Assembly: GCF_006345805.1 (NCBI RefSeq)
Contig: NC_043003.1
Location: 110,546,001 to 110,610,000, forward strand
Direction of reading: 5' to 3'
DNA from: Octopus sinensis
Lineage: Eukaryota
Length of the DNA: 64,000 nucleotides
Position 1 is the first letter of the stretch, and each line of letters opens with the position of its first letter. The notes under the pieces were generated by a model that did no database searches, was not told the origin of the DNA, and was given only the letters and a program-made list of their open reading frames with translations. Made by a program: the position numbers and the translations under genes. Below are positions 53,601 to 64,000 of the stretch, one piece after another.

Positions 53601-56600
53601 GTTATGATAAACGTACACGAGGAAAATCCAAAGCAAACGGCGTGCGATTTACAAAACAGTTCAATACTAGTCACACTTATATAAAGCACATTTATCAAAT
53701 AGGAAATGTTGCTAATTTGATAGATCGATTGGTCCCTCATCATTTAACCGCTCCTCGATTTAATCGAAGTGCTGCCCTCTGCTGACGTCGAAATGCTAAC
53801 TTGCAGTCAAATTTTCTGAGTAGGTTCATCATAAATCAGCAAACATGAGTTATCTATAGCCATTTCTACGAAAACGTCATTTGTTACCATCCAATGAAAA
53901 TGGAGAATCTATCCTAAACGAGTACTACACACAACAAGATAACACTCTGTATCTGATAGTATATTAAGGCGCTTATCATGCAGCACCAAAAGAAAACGAT
54001 TAATGCACGGTGGCACTGTCATCAAATGAGAGCCTTGCTCAAAAGTTTGCAGAAAATGTGTTGATCCTTGATCAGTCGAAAAGGTTTACATATTTCTCAT
54101 GTCATCCAGTTACAGATTATGGCTCTAAATATCGAAGTGTGTTCTATCACCATACTCCTCTGATCTTGCTTATATATCATTTCACTTAACACTTTAAGAT
54201 TAAATCATTTCTATTTATACATATCTGCAGCAATTTTACATTTCATATGTTTTTGTATGTGTGTGTGTATGTGGTGTATGTCGAACCATTTGTAATCATC
54301 CCGATACCTTTAATATGAAGCATATGTCCCCTATGTCATCTTGGGAAAGCATTTAAGAATGGCTGCAAATTTCACCACTTCACGACACAACTTTATATAT
54401 ACTGCTAAAATGATTACCCGAATAGTATCAAAAAGAAAAAAGAAAATACAAGAAATTTTATTAAAGAAGTTACTGTTGTCTGGACTGAAATCTTCCATTA
54501 TTCATTTATTCCCTATATTTCAAGAGAGGAAAAGTTACCTACTTCAGCAGTTCTTGTTTTGGCCCTACACTCAGTATTAAAGAAATATTGCTAAGTGCAA
54601 CAAATTTTATATCAATTTCTGAAGCAGCGTGCTGACAGAATCGTTACTGTGTCAAGAAAAATAGCAGCAACTCTTCCGTTTCCGGTACTTAGTTCAAATG
54701 CTGCCGCGGATGACTTCGCTGTTCATCCTTTCAGAGAAATAAGTACCAGTTTTTTTAACCGGGGCTCATATACTCGACATGCCTCCACAATAGCGCTGCC
54801 CTTGTGCCCAACTTTCAAGCTAACAATAATAAAAATTCTAAGGCGCCGAGTTGAGAGAATCGTTAACATGCCAGGCAAAGTGCTTAGTAGTATTTCGTCC
54901 ATCTTTACGTCCTGAACTGAAATTCTGCCGAAGTCAACATTGTCTTTTATCCTTTCGATGTCGATGTAATCGACTTACCTCCTCTCACAAAATTACTGGA
55001 ATTGTGCCAACATTTGAAACTAGTATTTATAACAATTTTCATTTACAAATATATATGCAGTGTTTAACCATAGAGTGCTATTGTATCTAGAAAATCATTA
55101 TTCTTTCATTTTTATGCTTAATTTGAAAATAACTTAAAAAGCTGATTAATTTTGAATTAGGAACATTTCGAAGTCCATGTAATAGATTCTAATTTAATCG
55201 CAATTAATAAATTTTTTAAAAAGCTAAATGTTGTCTTTGAATTTATAAATATTTGTTTCAGAGAACATATAGATTGTTAATTCGCACAAATCATTTAGAA
55301 GATATAGCGTTTTGGATTTTATTTGCTTAAATGATTTGTTCGATCAGCATGTGATGTTTAGATAGAAAATATATCAGATGCACTATTTCCCACTAAAGAC
55401 CAGTTAGACACTAATCACAAGAATATTAAATGTAAATGTTCGAGTTTGGAAATTACTGATAAATTATATTAATAAAATAACTATTTACACACTAATTACA
55501 ATATTCAGGAGAAGGTTAAATATTCAAATAACCTCTTAAATCTGAGATTGCATTAACAATCTTTGCTAATTCAGAAATGGCGTTATATTTCAAAATATTT
55601 TAAATAAACCTATGTGCAGAATTTAATTTACTTCAATTCCCTTTCAAAGAACAAATGCATGCCTTTAATGTTGCGTCATACACGAATTTCAAATATTGCA
55701 AAAGTCCACTTCTAGAATTGCTAATATAATTTGATAGTATTTAATTGAGTGGTATTTAATGTTTGTACGCCTGATTTTATTGATTTTTAAGATGGAGGAA
55801 GATTATGTTACTATTTGTATATATTTCACAACAAATGTTTCATTTCATACAAGCAGGATGCAATAATAGAAAGTTTTTGATTTCGAAACAGTTTTATTCA
55901 AATTTTATATTGTATATTTTCTGTCATCTCTGTTCAAAGGTATATATGACCTTATTTAATTTGCAACTACAATAAGTAACAATGCCATCCACATTCTAGT
56001 TTTTTCAGCGATTCGTAGAAACGGTTACAAAAAAGGCCATGCTTCAAAATAAACTTAGAATGTAAGTCAATTGTAATTTAATAGACAGTAACTACAATTA
56101 TCTTGGGTGGAATTCTAGATACGTTATGTATTTATCGAATAACTTGATTGATCTGAAGGACTAAAAACAAAAGTTTTGTAATTAAAAACTACAAGTAAAT
56201 GCTGAAAGAATTCTGGGGAATTATTGCTCTGACGAAAAACCTTTCCTCTGACTATAGAAATAAAACAATATATAGAAAGCTATTTGTTGTGATAAGTGCA
56301 TATAAAGAAGATGAAGAATTAGAAGCGTGATGCAGCTTCCTAGAACAGAACATAAGCAAAGTACCTATAACTGAATTGCACTAATATTCTGCAAGCAGAA
56401 CGGTGGTGAATACTTATGAGTAAATTTGGTGGATTGTTTCGGTGTGATATATGATATTTGAATCTTCTAGCAGCATAAAGTTCCATGTATCAAAATCGTA
56501 GTTCCTCGTATATATAATTTATTCCGGTTTTCATTTTGTATTCACGAAATTGTGCCTGAAATTGTCTTTTCACTGTAGAAACCGCAGCCAGAACAATTCG

Positions 56601-56848
56601 TATGCCTTTAATGAGCTCCCCACAACGTTATTGAAAATTTCATTCCTACGTAAGTTTCTAAATATCATATTTTATACAACATTTTTGTGCACATACAGGA
56701 AAGGTTTTCCATCATATTCTCGAATACGTCAAAGTCTTGAGATCGGGGAGAGGCATGGCAACACCTGTTGTGAAGTGGTGCAGTAAACAAAGACAAACAG
56801 CAACAAACACAAACACAATATATACATACATACATAAATATATATATG

Positions 56849-56905
<57 letters not shown>

Positions 56906-56929
56906 TCATATATATATGAAGTCCAAGAG

Positions 56930-57060
56930 GAGTCCAAGAGCGTAGGCTCGAAAGGTCAAAGTCTTTTTCACTTCCCAAGTGTTACATTAATACATCTGTT
57001 TTTTGTCTACAAAACCTGTCTTCGTCTTTTGTTTTTTTTCTTTGTGTGAATTCTCCCCCT
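56930..57060 (+). mobile_element. Family-A repeat, 5'-damaged copy
   Basis: GAGC-GTAG-GCTC-GAA-AGGT-C-AAAG plus the shared tail; the 5' core is absent. Confidence 0.7.
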
Positions 57061-57097
57061 ATACATATATACATGTATATATATATATATATATATA

Positions 57098-58707
57098 GTC
57101 TGGTGATTGTAACAATTACCGTGGTATATCCCTTCTAAGCACTGTTGGAAAGACCTTTGCCCGCGTTATCCTGGCCAGGCTACAACTACTTGCTTCTCGA
57201 ATCTATCCGGAATCGCAGTGTGGCTTTAGAAGAAGCAGATCAACTATCGATATGATATTCTCCATACGCCAACTTCAGGAGAAGTCCAGAGAGCAGAAAA
57301 TGCCTTTATATATGGCCTTCTTTGATCTAACAAAGGCTTTTGACTCGGTAAGCAGAACAGGCCTCTTCCTCCTGCTCCAAAAAATCGGATGTCCACCAAA
57401 GCTGCTGAGGATCATCAAGTCTTTCCATGATGACATGCAAGGCACCATACAGCACAACGGTTCAACATCAGCCGCCTTCCAAATAAAAAACGGGGTAAAG
57501 CAAGGCTGTGTCCTCGCTCCTACATTGTTGGCATCTTCTTCTCACTCTTGCTGTCACATGCCTTTCAGACATCAGATGATGGAGTATTTCTGCACAGTAG
57601 AAGTGACGGGAAACTGTTCAATCTCTCGCGCCTGCGTGCCAAGACCAAAATCAGAAACGTCCTGATCAAGGAGATGTTATTTGCTGATGATGCCGCTCTG
57701 GTAACACACACAGAAGAAGCCCTCCAAAGGCTCATTAACTGTTTTGAGCAAGCATGTAACGACTTTGGCTTAGCTATCAGCCTTAAGAAGACCAACATCA
57801 TGGGCCAGGCTACATCGGACATCCCAAACATACATATTGGAGACCACAGATTACAAGAGGTGGAGAAGTTTACCTATCTGGGCTCTACCGTCACCTACAA
57901 CCTATCCCTTGACGCTGAGCTCAATATACGCATTGGCAAGGCAGCTGCTGCGATGGCCCAACTCTCCAAACGGGCTTGGGACAACAATAAGCTGACCAAG
58001 ACCACAAAAATGAAGATCTACCAGGCATGTGTACTCAGCACTCTACTGTATGGAAGCGAGACCTGGACGCTATACACACGCCAAGAGCGTCGCCTAAACA
58101 TCTTTCACCTGCGCTGCCTCCGAAAAATCCTCCACATCAAATGGCAGAATCATATCCCCAACAAAGATGTCCTCAGGCAAGCAGGAATACCAAGCATGTT
58201 TGCACTCCTCACACAAAGACGTATGAGATGGCTTGGGCATGTTAGCCGTATGAAAGATGGCAGAATCCCCAAGGACATACTCTACGGAGAGCTTGCTAGG
58301 GGTACTAGGTCTGTGGGTAGACCGATCTTACGTTACAAGGATGTTTGCAAAAGGGATATGAAGGCCTGCAACATCAACATTAGCGGTTGGGAGGCAGTCG
58401 CCGGCAACCGTGGAGAATGGCGACGTACAGTAAAAGAGGGTATACAGAGGAGTGACAGAAAGAGAGAGGAGAAATGGAAAGAAAGGAAGAGACATAAACA
58501 AGAGACCATGGCACTACAACCAGCCAGGAACAGTCTTCGCTACATTTGCAGTACCTGCCAGAGGGAGTGTTTGTCCAGGATAGGACTACACAGCCACAGC
58601 AAGAAATGTAACAGGAAATAAAATATAACAGCCGGACTAGACCTAGAAAAAAAAAAAAAGAAATGCGCAACTCCATTGTCTCCCGAGACAGAAAGGATGC
58701 CAAACAA
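57098..58707 (+). mobile_element. RTE-clade LINE (BovB-like), 5'-truncated and young
   Basis: Open from 57099 (NYRGISLL...PESQCGFR...FFDLTKAFDSV...GVKQGCVLAPTL). One -1 frameshift at about 57528, then open through LFADDAAL, FTYLGS and LRWLGHV-type motifs to CSTCQRECLSRIGLHSHSKKC and the stop at 58621. 3' end CCATTGTCTCCCGAGACAGAAAGGATGCCAAACAA. Confidence 0.95.
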
Positions 58708-59517
58708 ATATATATATATAAGCTCATTAGGTGGTGGGGTCGAAACAACTTTTTTAAGCAACATGAATTCCACGATATGCATAGTTTCAAACAATATTTT
58801 TAATAAAATATATGAAAAATACGGGTTTTTGTGACCCCACCTGCACCCCGTAACATTTGCATGCACACCCACAATTAAATACCCTAACTTGCCATAATAA
58901 TCATATAAACTCTTACACATATATATACTAAATTTCTTATTGATATGAAACATTTCATCGTATTTCAATGTGGAGACCTTTTCTAAAACATCTGATATGT
59001 AAAAATAGCAAAAACAATGAGATGTAACACAAGTGGTAGGTAGGTACATCTCCAACATGGTAAAATTAAAACCTTTCAATTTATGTTAAATAAATTTGTT
59101 TTTTTAGAAAATGTATATATTTATTAAATGATTTCCTTTTTTTTAGATTATTTCAGAGCTAAATATTATTATAATCTTACAAAAATATCTACATAAATTT
59201 AAACTCTAATAATTTAAATGTATAACCTTATATTTCTATATTTAAGAGTTGAGGAATTATGTACATTATTTACTTTTGATGGATATATGTCTTCATCTTC
59301 TTTGTTGTTAACACAGCATTACGGCTGATATACCCTCCAGCCTTCAACAGGTGACTTGGGGAAATTTAGAACCTGGGTACTCATTCCTAAGTTATTATAT
59401 TATTATTATTATTATTATTATTATATTATTATTATTATTATTATTATTATTTATTATTATTATTATTATAATTATTATTATTATTATTATTATTATATTA
59501 TTATTATTATTATTATA

Positions 59518-59568
<51 letters not shown>

Positions 59569-59569
59569 G

Positions 59570-60084
<515 letters not shown>

Positions 60085-60803
60085 TCACTGCCTAGAATCG
60101 AACTCGGAATCTTGGGGTTAGTAACCCGCGCTCTTAACCACTACGCCACATACTGTGTATAAAAATGTATAATGGGAACTAGAAGTAGAATTCCCTACAG
60201 CAGTGACCCCATCAAAGGTGGATTTATTTCGATATTATTTATACATAAGAACAAGTGAATAAGAGATATCAAACACTTCGCCCAGAGAGAAAGCATCCTA
60301 CCGGATTGTTGATGCAGATATGTAAACAATATGGGACAAATTTTATTTTCCTCATATTGGGTTGGAGGGAATAGCTCTAAAGATTGAAAGATTGATTGAA
60401 TCTTCTTATACATTTAAAAAAAATACCTCTCAAGCAAAGCAGATATAGATTTGATAAGAAATTAGAGAAGTCCAGTGAAATATTTGATACGTGCATCTGC
60501 ACGGGTTATGACAAACAAATAGAAACGTCTGACTGTCATAGCCAATACCACTTCCTTGTCGTAGCCATTGAGACGGACATGCTATCAATTTAATGACAAA
60601 AGTTTCTGAAGTCGGAATAGGCTATGAAAATAGGCAGAAATTCATATTAAATGTGCAGAAAAAAGGTCTGACTGTCAGAATAGACTCTTCTACTCTTTTA
60701 CTCTTTTAGTTGTTTCAGTGGTTTGACTGCAGCCATGCTGGAGCACCGCCTTTAGTCGAACAAATTGACCCCAGGACTTATTTATCGGTTGTCAAACGAC
60801 GTT

Positions 60804-60867
<64 letters not shown>

Positions 60868-61520
60868 CACACAAAGGCTACGAACGTAGGCACAAATTCA
60901 TATCAAATGTTTCGAAATCAAGACAATATTTACCTCGTTTTAATTGGAAATCTCAGCGGCCATTTAATTAGGTAGTAAATAGTATTAATGCTTATTTTCT
61001 GGTTTCAATGTTCATGTATTGCGTTTCAGGTTCGTGCATATTTTTTTTATTGCTTATCATAATAGTCATTAACAATTCATATATATGTATAACGTTAAAA
61101 GTGTTTTTCTGAATACAGGGTTTTCTCATAAAAAATTAATACAAACTATATAAATTAATAACGATTCCAATAATATTTGTTCATGTGCTGGTGGGGATTG
61201 CATTTAATATGAACATTGTTGTGTAGGTAATATTAAACCAATAAAAGTTAATAGCATTAAAATAAGTTTACAATTCCTTACATATTCACTGTTCAAAACG
61301 CAGATTTAGAGGGTGGCTATGCGAGTGGTATGCGTGGTCGCATTCTTTAAAAAATTTAATTTATTTCTCACACAAAAATGACCACCAAACATGTGGAATC
61401 AGAATATGAAATTTCAACGTCACCCCTAGTACATACATATATATATAAACACACACACATACATTCGTATGTACGTACATACATACATACTTACATACAT
61501 ACATAAGTACACACACACAC

Positions 61521-61604
<84 letters not shown>

Positions 61605-62817
61605 CATATACATATACATATACAAGGCAGTGGTCAAACACAAGATTTAGGAGAACACACTAGCAAAATGCTCTACACATCACTGTGGCACTGGGTATAG
61701 AAATGCATGGTTGCAAAAGATGCATCTTAACCAGTCAGACATCGTTCATGGATCTAATACGTATGTTCCATCATCATCATATCTTATATGTATTTACTAA
61801 AAGTATTGATCACCTGATTACACACACACACAGACACATTAATTTCATTCGGTCTAAAATGACCATGGCGCAAGTTCGGACAAGGTTGTTTTGTGGAAAA
61901 CTAGATGTCGCCCATGCATACCAGCCTCCCCTCCCCACGCCACCGATACTGTCGTAGGGAAAAGGCAGAATCCAATAACAAATAAATTTCATTTAAAACA
62001 TACACAGGACTCGATGTGAAACTACATCATAATGCCAAAGATATATTTACTCCTATATAAATACATATAATAGCTGCAAATGTACATTATAAACAACTAG
62101 AGTTGAATGCATATATACATACAAATATTTTCCTACATGTGAACAGATATAGGCTCACGCACACAAGCATACATATAATGTACATTGTCGTTTTGTTTCC
62201 AGCATAAAAAAAAAACCTCATGATATTTTCGTTCTCAAAGCGAAAATTTTATTTTATTTTCCATCTAATAACTTAGAATATGTCATGAGTTCTTTCACAG
62301 AATATAAATGACACTGTATACATAAAACATTATATGTGACTGTTTCCTATTGACAAACCTAATGAAAATGTTTACAAGGCAAAACATTGACACCTATTTA
62401 CCGCTTCTTGCCTTTTGTTTGTAATTGTGTAGTATTTCATGACATTTCCTACAATTTTCACTGTTTGCTAATATACACCATCATTCATTACATTCTATGT
62501 TACGCGCCACTCGTTTTAGAAAATTATGTACACATACATGTTATTGTATGCCTAAATAGACGAACGCCTATATACACATATGCATAGATACACACACAAA
62601 AACAAATATATGCGTGTGAACACATGTGCATATTAGCGAGGGATTTAGAATGTTTGATGAATGTTTAATAAACTTCTAATATCATTTTATCGCTGCGTGT
62701 CAAATAGGTAGACATTTTACGGTTAATGCCTTACTTATTGTGATATTCCGAACAGCACAAACCCGATATGTGTGAATTTGACACGCATTTGCAAATATAC
62801 TAACGTACGTATGCACG

Positions 62818-62854
<37 letters not shown>

Positions 62855-63089
62855 TTACACACGCACACACAAACACACAAACACACACACGCACACACAC
62901 CAATATAACTGTCGTCTGTAAAACAATGCAAACTCGGCCACAAACAATTTGTGTTCACTAATATTGATCAGATGTATATGCACACATACATATACATACA
63001 CACACACACATGTATATATGTATGTGTGTGTATATATGTATATATATTACACACGCACACACACATATATACACACACACTCACCCCCG

Positions 63090-63615
63090 TGCATATATGT
63101 TGACGTCTTTCGGTTCAGCATTTCGGGCAAGTTTGTTTCGGGAGAAGACCAGCAGTTGCCCATGCATACCAGACTCCCTTCGCTACACAACTGATACAGT
63201 TTGTCTCTAGTCAAAACATATTTCTGCAGCTGAATGATCCAAGATGAAATGAAGCGTCTTGCTCAAGAACACAACACAGTCCAGTCCAGTCCGGAAATGA
63301 AACTCAGTCCCTGAAGTGGTTAGCGTATCCTAATAAACGATCATATTGTCTTCAGTTCGATTCCTCACGGCGTGTTTTGTCACTGAGCAAGACATTTTAT
63401 TTCACTCAGCTGGTAAAAATGAGTTGCATCAGTATTTCCAATGGGCAGCCTTGACACATTTCATGTTACGCTGAATCTCACTGGCAACTACGTTAAGGTT
63501 ACGTATCAAGTCCGAGGAGTACTCGACCACTTGCAGGTTTATTTTCAAGGGCAGGCTGTTCCGTCAATCAGATCAACTGGCACACTCATCATCGTAACCG
63601 ACGGAGTACCACTGA
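63090..63615. mobile_element. Head-to-head SINE pair (minus copy about 63090-63310, plus copy about 63310-63615)
   Basis: CTTGCTCAAGAACACAACAC (reverse) and GTTCGATTCC...CTGAGCAAGACATTTTATTTCAC (forward). The plus-copy tail matches 48135-48345. Confidence 0.6.
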
Positions 63616-63617
63616 TT

Positions 63618-63655
<38 letters not shown>

Positions 63656-64000
63656 TGTAAGTATGTGTTTATATATATATATAATTATGAATACGCACAT
63701 ACATACATATAAGTATGTGTGAGTGCTTGAATGTATATATGTATATATGTATGATGATATGTACGTATGTCTGTATTGGTACATATGTGCATACATGTTC
63801 CATCATCTATATTATATACTAATAGATTGATCGGTGGACTCCTTTAAATATCATCAAGTCCCCCATCTACACATATTTCTAAACACGAATAAATACGACT
63901 AAATTATTTTGCAACCTACTTATCAAATACGACGATAAAATATCTTATTTAAACAAGAATCTCATATTACTTTATACAATTCCTCTATAATTAGTTTATT

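Overview
AT-rich, microsatellite-dense eukaryotic DNA. The SINE/LINE/(TA)n landscape suggests an octopod cephalopod (inference, no database search run). The only host gene I can support is a GABA-B receptor subunit 2 (GABBR2) orthologue on the minus strand. Three phase-0 coding exons (52790-52912, 26425-26526, 23454-23678) splice in frame into the TM4-TM7 region, separated by introns of about 26 kb and 2.7 kb; no other exons were found. The rest is intron filled with degraded retroelements (Dong/R4-type RLE LINEs, a CR1-type LINE, a young RTE LINE, Penelope-like element fragments), Tc1/mariner relics, MITEs, many tRNA-derived SINEs and simple repeats. Almost all ORFs in the supplied track are microsatellite artefacts. 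The main unexplained signal is a set of at least four families of short Penelope-type terminal repeats. Each carries a minimal type-I hammerhead-ribozyme (HHR) fold with a short, mostly palindromic stem III and ends in a (TA)n tract. They include a six-copy family with U fixed at the normally invariant A6 core position, A3:U8 and U3:A8 core-pair variants, and a very young 361-bp fold-back palindrome. That palindrome locks an intact HHR into a hairpin and contains a 26-nt templated copy of sequence 1 kb away. No ribozyme activity is demonstrated here; these are structural readings.
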